Positions 55,501 through 63,554 of a DNA stretch of 64,000 nt are shown piece after piece. How positions within the stretch are numbered: position 1 is the stretch's first letter; each line of letters begins with the position of its first letter. The notes beneath the pieces are model-generated. The model saw only the letters and a program-made list of their open reading frames with translations, was not told where the DNA came from and did not search any database. Origin of the DNA: Candidatus Parcubacteria bacterium (GTDB lineage: Bacteria > Patescibacteriota > Patescibacteriia > Patescibacteriales > UBA12465); the NCBI GenBank assembly GCA_023444045.1, contig JAEZRQ010000001.1:66000-129999 (forward strand), in the 5' to 3' direction. Made by a program: the position numbers and the translations under genes.

Positions 55501-57668
55501 AAAGAGAAAACCGTAAATTAGATGTCAGCGTAAAAAGTGATAAAGAAAAATATCGTCCCGGAGAGGAAGCAACCTTAAGTATTGTTGTTAAAGATCAAAA
55601 TAATCGTGGGGTTAAAACTAAAGTTAATATTAGTGCCGTTGATATTGCCATGGATCCTTTAGGCGGAATCCCTCTTGGCGATCCTTTAGAATATTTATAT
55701 AGAAGGGTTTCAAGTGGATTATTGCTCACAAAATATTCTCATAAAAATCAAATGCTTTCAGCAGGGGCTGAAGGTGGTGGTGGCGGTGGCGGTGATCGTT
55801 CTTATTTTCCAGATCTAGCTCTATTTACTCAGATAGATACTAATAGTAGCGGTGAAGCAACAGTTAAGTTTAAATTACCAGACACCGTTACCACTTGGCA
55901 GATTAATACTCAAGCAATTTCTGATGATTTAGAGGCGGGTGTTGTAACTACTAAAGTAAAAGCTAGTTTACCGTTTTTTGCTGTGGCTAATTTTTCTAAG
56001 CAATATTTAGCCGGTGATGAACCAATTATTAAAGCAGCTGTTTATGGTGACGCACTAAAAAATAATGATCAGGTTAATCTTAAATTAGAATCAGATGGTT
56101 TAGGGATAAGTGGCGACACAAAGAATACCCTCGCCTTTTCTCCGGCTTATTTTAATCTAGGTCAAATTAAGCAAGGTAACTTTGATTTTAGAATTAGCGC
56201 GTTATATCAAAATAATAGTGACGCTATTTTACATAAAATAGAGGCTGTTAGTTCTCTTCTAAGTGAAAGAACTCAAGCGTCAACTGAAGTTAAAGATGGT
56301 CAGAAGATTATTGGTTCGGATAACTTAAGTACTAAAATTACTTTAATGGATAATAATCGGGGACGTTATTATCAGGAACTGCTTAACTTAAGTTATAGTG
56401 ATGGTGCTAGAGTAGATCAAAAAGCAGCAAGGGTTGTCGCTAGTAGTTTAATGAAAAATTATTTTGGAGTTGAGGATGGGCAATTTAATCCGGATTTAAA
56501 AGTTTATCAAACTGTCGGTGGCGGTATTTCGCTACTGCCTTATTCTAGTGAAGATTTACAACTCTCAGTGTTGATGTCTTTAATTTCTAGTGAGTCATTT
56601 GATAAAAATTTATTAGCCAATTATTTCTATAGTATTTACAACAATACTAAATCAAACCGAGAGGAGATTTCTTTGGCTTTGTCTGGCTTAGCCGCTTTAA
56701 ATGAGCCGGTGCTAATTCAATTGCGTAGTTTTAGTAAAATAGAAAAATTAACACCAATGGAAAAACTTTATTTAGCTCTAGGAGCTCAAGAAATAGGTGA
56801 CGCTACCCTAGCAAAAAATATTTATCAAGATCTTATTAGTCAATTTGGTGAAGAACTTGATCCATATCTACGCCTTAAAATAGATGATAAAGATAATGAC
56901 GCTAACTCTAAGGCCACGGCCTTAACCGCTATTTTAGCAGTTGGCTTAGATGACAACCGGGCTGAAAAAATGTGGCAGTATGCCGTAAAAAATCAACCAC
57001 AGGAATCTTTAAGCAGTTTAGAAAGATTACTTTATTTAAGTAATGCTTTGCCTAATACTCCTGCCGGTGACGCTAAATTTTCTTTAGTGATTGATGGCCA
57101 AGAAATTATTCAAGATTTAAAGAGAAATGAAAAATATTTATTCTCTGTTAGTCCTGAGCAACTTAAGAATTTAAATATTAAAGTCTTAAGTGGTAATATT
57201 TTGGCAGTTAGTGATTATGAAGTTCCGGCCAACCCAGACAAGCAAAGCAAACTAGTGGCCATCAGTAAATCTTATTTTAGTAACAACAAGAAAACATCAG
57301 AGTTTAAAGAGGGTGATATTATAGAAATTAGGATTAAACCAGAAATAAAAGATAGTGCAATTGATGGATTGTATGAGGTAACTGATATTTTACCAAGCGG
57401 TTTAAAATTGATTACTAATGTTTATAGCCGCAATTTATCTTCTAACTGTAATGTTTGGCACCCTTACGAAGTTAATGGCCAGAAAGTAAAGTTTATTATT
57501 GATAAGAATTGGAATAAGAGTGGTGGCTGCCAACGCGAAGAAATTAGATACTTTGCTCGTGTTAGCCAGCCGGGTAAATATGTAGTTGAACCAGCCATGA
57601 TTCAATCAGTTGAGTCAGTGGCAGTTAAAAGCTTTTCTGATGGTGGACAAATTAATATTAAATATTAA
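52566..57668 (+). CDS. membrane-anchored alpha-2-macroglobulin-family giant protein (putative anti-sigma N-terminus; no thioester motif)
   Basis: The ATG overlaps the sigma gene by 8 nt. About 89 aa are cytoplasmic, then one TM segment (aa 90-108), Ig-like/MG-type repeats (TDRSLYQPNDEINFWG), an A2M-domain hallmark (FPDLALF..TWQINTQAIS) and a C-terminal LPSGLKL module. No CxEQ. Confidence 0.7.
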   Translation: MNKDKLEKFNDSLEKGVFVTGCNDPEILALLKAGEQIKNSAFNNSAPDDNFKDRLKRDIAAKRQADFLTMKNKINRFFENFNSQINRKRLYPVIASLLIVAVVMLTFKFWPNNSFSPLTIEAAYAHDNFTVEPTAGGELGVENDTQFIIKSKTPITSTDSLRDNITLFPTTNFELKKVSDYEFHLMPENKLSDKTVYRLQIASTYINDNGLTVDYDYSWAFQVKDVFKVIGSIPTDRSKAPANTGIEINFSTDSFTDFEEAFKISPAVSGRFEKHNRTMVFVPEKPLTAGVLYTVTVDKKVKNSISGENLSEDFRFQFEVQGVTSKTVISFVEDSAEFSSTQNPAFGIYFNQGQADQKITTKVYNFHKLDDYTEALEKYYEIPYWSDTRFNFKPDYSKLSLAATYELSAVESDGRRFLVLPNNLPVGYYLIEAKVGDSYAKTFVQISDISAYASVTTDKTIFWINSVADKKLSDIKVTNLNSEETVTAKDNVAIFNNSEKGTESEIFVVSAAGENLVVGLRSDNFWRNESTNDEYWNYIYTDRSLYQPNDEINFWGLTRSRLNDSSTFNKEVEVSLFSYDFRGFYQEPVAIAKQKIKTDNQGFFIGKLKISNLTPKNYYLKVTMDGRDVSVDHYIAITDYVKPAYMISAEPESKAVLAGDKIKYQIKSTFFEGTPLPNNPLVVNYENTSKEVKTDSQGVAKMEYTANCSCSENWCPASCEKYLSANPKLSEAGEIAGYGRVEVFRSLVEFSAVKINQIPGKNQVRIEAGLYNVDLNNEANNWRGQVASGHQIEAQITQIEYIAYQTGTYYDFINKTSSPTYRYETKRTPKGNKSFITNNDGQGVLEFDIDPKYSYEIKLSASDKNQNFVYSNLYFSSLEGRSNPGYKYYYLMPEVLSESGYDLGEKVNLKIVGDGGDLKENGKFLFLELQNGLKNYQINDAPKTSFTLSDNNLPNMHIGAIWFDGNTYYSVSEFNIRFKRENRKLDVSVKSDKEKYRPGEEATLSIVVKDQNNRGVKTKVNISAVDIAMDPLGGIPLGDPLEYLYRRVSSGLLLTKYSHKNQMLSAGAEGGGGGGGDRSYFPDLALFTQIDTNSSGEATVKFKLPDTVTTWQINTQAISDDLEAGVVTTKVKASLPFFAVANFSKQYLAGDEPIIKAAVYGDALKNNDQVNLKLESDGLGISGDTKNTLAFSPAYFNLGQIKQGNFDFRISALYQNNSDAILHKIEAVSSLLSERTQASTEVKDGQKIIGSDNLSTKITLMDNNRGRYYQELLNLSYSDGARVDQKAARVVASSLMKNYFGVEDGQFNPDLKVYQTVGGGISLLPYSSEDLQLSVLMSLISSESFDKNLLANYFYSIYNNTKSNREEISLALSGLAALNEPVLIQLRSFSKIEKLTPMEKLYLALGAQEIGDATLAKNIYQDLISQFGEELDPYLRLKIDDKDNDANSKATALTAILAVGLDDNRAEKMWQYAVKNQPQESLSSLERLLYLSNALPNTPAGDAKFSLVIDGQEIIQDLKRNEKYLFSVSPEQLKNLNIKVLSGNILAVSDYEVPANPDKQSKLVAISKSYFSNNKKTSEFKEGDIIEIRIKPEIKDSAIDGLYEVTDILPSGLKLITNVYSRNLSSNCNVWHPYEVNGQKVKFIIDKNWNKSGGCQREEIRYFARVSQPGKYVVEPAMIQSVESVAVKSFSDGGQINIKY

Positions 57669-58555
57669 TGAGCAGTAAAAAAAGAAAATTAATTATTATC
57701 TTAGCAATACCGGTTTTCATTTTGACCGGTTTTTGCTTTTGGAGAAGTTCTAATAATAAACCAGATACTAAACCAAATTTAATTATTCCGGTTAATTATA
57801 ATCAGGAATTATTTTTAAGAGCCGTTTCTTATTTTCCTAAAAGTCAGGAAATTAATGCTACTAAAATCTCTGGCTTAATTGCTCCTCATCATGATATTGC
57901 TTCTCTTTACACGGCGGAATTATTTCAGAAAGTGGGCCGCAAAGATATTAAGAGAGTAATTATTATTGGACCAAATCATGAAAATAAAGGCGCTGGTGAT
58001 ATTATTAGTGGTAACTTTTCTTATCGTTATTTAGGAGAAGAAATTAGTTTTGATAAAGTGTTAATTAATAGGATGTTAAAAGATAAAATAGCTGTTTTGG
58101 ATAATGAAAGACTAAATACCGAACATTCAATTTCTGCTCTAGTACCATTTGTTAATTATTATTTTGCAGATGCTAAGATTGTTCCTTTAATACTTAGCTC
58201 TAGAGTAAGTTTAGAACAGGCTGTAAAACTAGGTGAGTATTTAGCTCCCTATTTGGATGAAGAAACTATTATTATTGCTTCTATAGACTTTTCTCATTAC
58301 TTAAGCACAGAAAAGGCTAACAATAATGATTCAATAACTCGTGAAGCTCTATTAGATCATAATTATAATAAATTATTTTCTTTAAATAGTGATTATTTAG
58401 ACTCACCAGCTGCTCTAGTAACTGTTTTATCAGCTGTTAATAAAAATGAGGTTTCTCAGGTAGAGATAGTCCGTCAAGCTAATCTAGCAGAAGCGATTGG
58501 TGCCGGCAGTGTGATTAACTCCACTAGTTACTTTACGGCTTTATTACATCATTAA
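57668..58555 (+). CDS. membrane-anchored Memo-like (AmmeMemoRadiSam system protein B family) protein
   Basis: TAATG overlap with the upstream stop. N-terminal TM segment. GLIAPHHD, IIIGPNHE and DFSHY motifs. Confidence 0.65.
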   Translation: MSSKKRKLIIILAIPVFILTGFCFWRSSNNKPDTKPNLIIPVNYNQELFLRAVSYFPKSQEINATKISGLIAPHHDIASLYTAELFQKVGRKDIKRVIIIGPNHENKGAGDIISGNFSYRYLGEEISFDKVLINRMLKDKIAVLDNERLNTEHSISALVPFVNYYFADAKIVPLILSSRVSLEQAVKLGEYLAPYLDEETIIIASIDFSHYLSTEKANNNDSITREALLDHNYNKLFSLNSDYLDSPAALVTVLSAVNKNEVSQVEIVRQANLAEAIGAGSVINSTSYFTALLHH

Positions 58556-58632
58556 AGAATTATTCCTTTATTGCCAAAACAGCAAATATAATATACAATT
58601 TTTATACTTAATTTACTGTTTTAAACTAATAT

Positions 58633-60465
58633 ATGAAAAATTTATTTAAGAATTTAATCAGTTTTTTCTTGGTTTTTTTGATTATTGCGGCTATTTTTAG
58701 TGCCTTTGGCTTTAATTCAAACACTAAAACAGTCGGACTTGATGTGTTAGTTGGTCGCATTAATAACGAAGAAATTGATTCAGTAACGGTTGAGGGTGAT
58801 AAGATTTCCCTTGCTTTAAAAGATGGTAATAAGGAGATTGTTAAAAAAGAAAGCCAGGATTCTTTGACATCACTACTTAAAGATCTAGGTGTGCCGGCTG
58901 ATAAAATTTCAAAAATTAATATTACTATTAAGGATCAAAGTGGTTGGAATTATATTTTAATGAATATTTTACCATTTTTAATTCCCTTTATTTTAATTGT
59001 TCTTTTTTTGATGTATACCATGCGTGGCGTTTCGGGAATGAATTCACGAGCGATGAATTTTGGTCAGTCAAATGCTAAAGATTTTAATCTTAATCAAAAA
59101 GATAAGGTTAGTTTTAAAGATGTGGCTGGTGCTAAAGAGGCCAAGGAGGAGCTCAGAGAAATTGTTGATTTTCTTAAATTTCCCAAAAAGTTCCATGATT
59201 TAGGGGCTAAAATTCCTCGGGGCGTTTTGCTTTTAGGTAGCCCTGGAACCGGTAAAACTTTAATGGCTCGTGCTGTGGCCGGTGAAGCTGGTGTGCCATT
59301 TTTTAATATTTCTGGTTCAGAATTTGTGGAAATGTTTGTTGGTGTTGGTGCTTCCAGAGTTAGATCACTTTTTGAAAAAGCCAAAAAAGAATCCCCTTGT
59401 ATTATTTTTATTGATGAGATTGATGCTGTTGGTCGCCGTCGTGGTTCCGGTCTTGGTGGTAGTCACGATGAAAGAGAGCAAACGCTTAATCAAATTTTAG
59501 TAGAGATGGATGGTTTTGATACCACTAATAATATTATTGTGATTGCAGCCACTAATAGGCCAGATGTTTTAGATCCTGCTTTACTGCGCCCCGGTCGTTT
59601 TGATAGGCAAGTAGTAATTGATAAGCCTGATTTAAAGGATCGTGAAGAAATTTTAAATGTTCATGCGAGAAAAAAACCTTTAGAACCAGAAGTTAGTTTA
59701 AAATCAGTCGCCGAGAGAACCCCTGGATTTTCTGGGGCAGATTTAGCTAATTTACTAAATGAGGCAGCTATTTTAGCGGCCCGTCAAGATAAAAAACTGA
59801 TTGGTCAAGCAGAAATTTTTGAAGCGATTGAGAAAGTAATGATCGGCCCAGAACGTAAAAGTCGAGTAATTACTGAACAAGATAAAAAAATAACTGCTTA
59901 TCATGAAGCAGGTCACGCTGTCGTGGCTCACTTTTTACCTGGGGTTGATCCGGTTCAAAAAGTTTCTATTATTGCTCGCGGTCAAGCGGGTGGTTATACC
60001 TTAAAAGTACCAGTTGAAGATCGTCATTACCACTCTAAATCAGACTTTATTAATGAATTATCGGTATTACTTTCTGGCCATTTAGTTGAGAAGGAGGTTT
60101 TTGGCGAAGTAACTACTGGCGCCACCTCTGATTTAAGAAGGGCCACTGCCATCGCTCGCAGTTTAGTAACTGATTACGGAATGAGTGAAAATCTTGGACC
60201 ACGCACCTTTGGTGAAAAGGAAGAAATGATCTTTTTGGGGCGGGAAATTCATGAACAAAGAGATTACAGTGAAAAAGTAGCGGAAAAAATTGATGAGGAA
60301 ATAGAAATGTTCTTAGAGAAAGCCTCTAAAGCTGCCTTAAAAGTTATTAAAGATAAAAAAGATTACTTAGAAAAGGTGGTGTCTGTCTTGCTAGAGAAAG
60401 AAACAATTGAAAAAGAGGAGTTTGATGCTTTAATGGCTGACGATTCTTTAATAGCCAAGAGCTAA
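58633..60465 (+). CDS. ftsH: ATP-dependent zinc metalloprotease FtsH
   Basis: Two TM segments, Walker [12 protein letters not shown] region, HEAGH zinc motif. Confidence 0.95.
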   Translation: MKNLFKNLISFFLVFLIIAAIFSAFGFNSNTKTVGLDVLVGRINNEEIDSVTVEGDKISLALKDGNKEIVKKESQDSLTSLLKDLGVPADKISKINITIKDQSGWNYILMNILPFLIPFILIVLFLMYTMRGVSGMNSRAMNFGQSNAKDFNLNQKDKVSFKDVAGAKEAKEELREIVDFLKFPKKFHDLGAKIPRGVLLLGSPGTGKTLMARAVAGEAGVPFFNISGSEFVEMFVGVGASRVRSLFEKAKKESPCIIFIDEIDAVGRRRGSGLGGSHDEREQTLNQILVEMDGFDTTNNIIVIAATNRPDVLDPALLRPGRFDRQVVIDKPDLKDREEILNVHARKKPLEPEVSLKSVAERTPGFSGADLANLLNEAAILAARQDKKLIGQAEIFEAIEKVMIGPERKSRVITEQDKKITAYHEAGHAVVAHFLPGVDPVQKVSIIARGQAGGYTLKVPVEDRHYHSKSDFINELSVLLSGHLVEKEVFGEVTTGATSDLRRATAIARSLVTDYGMSENLGPRTFGEKEEMIFLGREIHEQRDYSEKVAEKIDEEIEMFLEKASKAALKVIKDKKDYLEKVVSVLLEKETIEKEEFDALMADDSLIAKS

Positions 60466-60537
60466 GTCACCCTTTGACTAAAATTATTTTTAAGTTATAC
60501 TAACATTATAATAAATTAAATAGGTTATCTAACACGT

Positions 60538-60732
60538 ATGGCTAATCCAAAAAAACGAAAAACCCATAGTGCTGTCGGTAAGAATAGGGCCCATCAAGCT
60601 TTAGAAAAAGTTGCATTAAATAAGTGCACTAAATGTGGTCAGTTAAAACAGCCTCATACCGCCTGCAGTTTCTGTGGTGCCTATAAAGGCAAGGAAGCAG
60701 TTAAAGTAAAATCTAAAAAGGCAAGTAAATAA
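60538..60732 (+). CDS. rpmF: 50S ribosomal protein L32
   Basis: MANPKKRKTHSAVGKNRAH and a CxxC...CxxC zinc ribbon. Confidence 0.85.
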   Translation: MANPKKRKTHSAVGKNRAHQALEKVALNKCTKCGQLKQPHTACSFCGAYKGKEAVKVKSKKASK

Positions 60733-60822
60733 ATTTTAAAGATTTGAATTCTTGGAGGTTATTTAATAATCTTCAAGCTTTAAATATTTAGACTTAAAAA
60801 CAATTAGCTCTTATTCAAATTT

Positions 60823-61347
60823 ATGTCCAATCGTCATTTGGCCCGAACCATTGCTATGCAAACCCTTTTTGCTTGGGATTTTAATGGGCAGAATTCAACT
60901 AAGATTGAGGATTTAATTAGGGACAATTTCTCTAATTTTGCTCCCAACTTTGATGATGGCGGATTTGTTAAAGAATTAATTGACGGTGTAACGACTCATT
61001 TAGTGGAACTGGATCAATTAATCAGCAAGCACGCAACTGAATGGCCACTTGATCAAATTACTTGTGTTGACCGCAACGTCCTCCGTTTAGGAATATATGA
61101 GCTGCTTTATTGTGAAAACATCCCTTCAAGAGTAGCAATTAATGAGGCCATTGAAGTGGCTAAAAGCTTCGGCGGCGATTCTTCTGGCAAGTTTATTAAT
61201 GGAGTTTTGGGAGCGATTTACGCTGAACTGCCTGAAGACAAAAAGAGGGATAATAAGGAAGAATTTGAGGAAAAAAAGAAGGCCTCTTTAAAGGAAGATG
61301 CCGGTAATTCAGAGGACTCTGGAGAGACAGAATCTACTTTAAATTAA
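60823..61347 (+). CDS. nusB: transcription antitermination factor NusB (acidic C-terminal extension)
   Basis: [39 protein letters not shown]. Confidence 0.85.
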   Translation: MSNRHLARTIAMQTLFAWDFNGQNSTKIEDLIRDNFSNFAPNFDDGGFVKELIDGVTTHLVELDQLISKHATEWPLDQITCVDRNVLRLGIYELLYCENIPSRVAINEAIEVAKSFGGDSSGKFINGVLGAIYAELPEDKKRDNKEEFEEKKKASLKEDAGNSEDSGETESTLN

Positions 61348-61361
61348 TTTTATTTTTTACC

Positions 61362-61388
61362 AAGCCTCGAAGTTTCGAGGCTTTATTC
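61362..61388 (+). terminator. intrinsic terminator
   Basis: AGCCTCGA / TCGAGGCT stem, then a T-rich tract. Confidence 0.65.
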
Positions 61389-61403
61389 TAGAGCAATAAA
61401 TAT

Positions 61404-62096
61404 ATGAATTCTCTTGAAAAATTAGAAAACAAACTAAAAATTAAGTTTAATAATCAAAATTTATTAAAACAGGCAATGGTCCACCGTTCTTATTTAAATG
61501 AACACCCCGATTCGGTTGTTGGCCATAATGAGCGTTTGGAGTTTTTAGGGGACGCGGTACTGGAGATTGTCGTTACTGAATATCTTTATTTAAACTTTAA
61601 AGATACCGATGAGGGCGATTTAACAAATTGGCGCGCCTCTTTAGTAAATGCCAAAATGCTGCATGTGGTAGCGACAGAGTTAGATTTAGAAGATTATTTG
61701 TATTTGTCTAAAGGAGAGGCCAAGGATAAGAATAAAAAGTCACGTCAGTATATCTTAGCTAATGCCGTTGAGGCTTTAATTGGGGCTATTTATTTAGATC
61801 AAGGCTTAGAAGTTGCTAAGAATTTTATTTTAAAAAACATTGTTTGTAAGTTAGATGAAATTTTAAAGAATGAGTCATATCTAGATCCCAAATCTAGATT
61901 TCAAGAAGAGGCACAGGATAAAAAAGGAATTACGCCCCATTATGAAATATTAAATGAGGAAGGACCCGATCATGCTAAAATATTTACCGTTGGCCTGTAT
62001 TTAGGTGAGGAAAAAATTAGTGATGGCGTTGGTTCTTCAAAGCAGGAAGCTCAGGTAGATGCGGCTACTAAAGGCTTATTAAAAATGGGCTGGTAA
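61404..62096 (+). CDS. rnc: ribonuclease III
   Basis: NERLEFLGDAVLE signature and a C-terminal dsRBD (HAKIFTVGLYLG..GSSKQEAQVDAA). Confidence 0.9.
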   Translation: MNSLEKLENKLKIKFNNQNLLKQAMVHRSYLNEHPDSVVGHNERLEFLGDAVLEIVVTEYLYLNFKDTDEGDLTNWRASLVNAKMLHVVATELDLEDYLYLSKGEAKDKNKKSRQYILANAVEALIGAIYLDQGLEVAKNFILKNIVCKLDEILKNESYLDPKSRFQEEAQDKKGITPHYEILNEEGPDHAKIFTVGLYLGEEKISDGVGSSKQEAQVDAATKGLLKMGW

Positions 62097-62112
62097 AATA
62101 ATTTTTAATTTT

Positions 62113-63150
62113 ATGGACCTTAAAGAAATATTTAGATTAGCTTCTTCAAGAAAGGCTTCCGATATTCATCTTTTAGTTGGGCAGCCGCCAGTTTTAAGAA
62201 TTGATGGTCAGTTAACAGTTTTATCTGTGACAGAAAACCCACTGACAGCAACAGACCTTAATACAATAGTAGATATTTTGCTAACTGCTGAAGAGAAAAA
62301 TCGTTTAATTCAAGAAAAAGATTTGGACTGCAGTTATGCCCTTGATGACGTTCGTTTTCGGGTTAATATTTCTTATGAAAAAGATAATTTAAGAGTAGTG
62401 GCCAGAATTATTGAAGAAAAAAAACCAACCCTTGATGAAATAGGTATGCCTGATGTAATTAAGGATTTATTAGATTTACCCCAGGGCCTGATTCTAGTTA
62501 CTGGCCCGACTGGTTGTGGTAAATCAACCACATTGGCAGCCATGATTAATCATATCAACTCCACTCGTACTTGTAATATTGTTACTTTAGAGGATCCAAT
62601 TGAATATGTTTTTAATTCTGATAAGAGTTTGGTTTCTCAGCGTCAATTGGGTTCAGATATGGTTTCTTTTGCTTCTGGTTTAAAGCATGTGTTAAGACAG
62701 GATCCTAATGTAATCATGGTTGGAGAAATGAGAGATTATGAAACTATTTCCACTGCTATTACTTTAGCAGAGACCGGGCACCTAGTTTTGGCTACTTTAC
62801 ACACCTATAATGCTGTTCAAACAATAGATCGCATTATTGATATCTTTCCTCCTCATCAACAAAATCAAGTTCGCTCACAATTATCAATGTTACTAACGGC
62901 CGTTATTTCTCAAAGATTATTGCCGAGAGTAAATGGTGGTCGGGTAGCGGCTAGAGAATTATTAATCAGAAATGCCGCTGTGGCTAATATAATTAGAGAA
63001 GATAAAATTAGTCAGCTTAAAAGTGTGATGGAGATGCATAATAATACCGGCATGATTACTTTAGATAATCATTTAAAAGAGTTATATCAAGCTGGAGAAA
63101 TTACTCGTGAAACCGCTCTAACATATTTAGAAGATCCGAAAAAAATTTAA
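62113..63150 (+). CDS. pilT: type IV pilus retraction ATPase PilT
   Basis: Walker A GPTGCGKST, TLEDPIEY, MVGEMRD, and the AIRNLIRE-like AVANIIRE. Confidence 0.85.
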   Translation: MDLKEIFRLASSRKASDIHLLVGQPPVLRIDGQLTVLSVTENPLTATDLNTIVDILLTAEEKNRLIQEKDLDCSYALDDVRFRVNISYEKDNLRVVARIIEEKKPTLDEIGMPDVIKDLLDLPQGLILVTGPTGCGKSTTLAAMINHINSTRTCNIVTLEDPIEYVFNSDKSLVSQRQLGSDMVSFASGLKHVLRQDPNVIMVGEMRDYETISTAITLAETGHLVLATLHTYNAVQTIDRIIDIFPPHQQNQVRSQLSMLLTAVISQRLLPRVNGGRVAARELLIRNAAVANIIREDKISQLKSVMEMHNNTGMITLDNHLKELYQAGEITRETALTYLEDPKKI

Positions 63151-63187
63151 ATAAAAAATAAAAATTTTTTTAATTGTTTTTCAAAAA

Positions 63188-63209
63188 AGCATCAAGTGGT
63201 GCTTTTTTG
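63188..63209 (+). terminator. intrinsic terminator after pilT
   Basis: AGCATC / GGTGCT stem (one G:U pair), then T6. Confidence 0.6.
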
Positions 63210-63244
63210 TTATTTTTCCCTTATTTTTTAAGGGGTTTAGACTC

Positions 63245-63272
63245 TTGACATTATTTTATTTTCATCTATAAT
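63245..63272 (+). promoter_or_regulatory. near-consensus sigma70 promoter upstream of the 23S rRNA gene
   Basis: TTGACA (63245-63250), 16 nt, TATAAT (63267-63272). Confidence 0.7.
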
Positions 63273-63365
63273 AGATAACAGTTTTACGAAACTAAAAAAT
63301 TATGCGTAAACACTTAATATTAAACTCACTTAGCGGTTAAAAAGGACGATAACTCGTTTTTTGTG

Positions 63366-63388
63366 ACCGCCGCCCGGCGGTTTTTTTT
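63366..63388 (+). terminator. terminator-like GC hairpin plus T8, between the promoter and the 23S rRNA gene
   Basis: ACCGCC / GGCGGT stem followed by TTTTTTTT. Confidence 0.55.
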
Positions 63389-63554
63389 ATCCCAACGGGT
63401 GTGAGTGCAAGTATTAAGCCGAACATTCAAAACTGAATATCTTTAGATTAATATCAAAACATCAAATATAAGATTGATACAAGACTTCGCAATTGTATTG
63501 TATCAGTCGCATCTAATTTGCTAGATGCACACACTTTTGGAAACAGAAGTGTGG

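Noticed and set aside
55773-55793. The GGT/GGC repeat encoding Gly7, considered as a slipped-strand phase-variation site.
   Set aside because: Its repeat unit is 3 nt, so slippage would stay in frame. The repeat is interrupted by GGC codons, so no on/off switch is expected.
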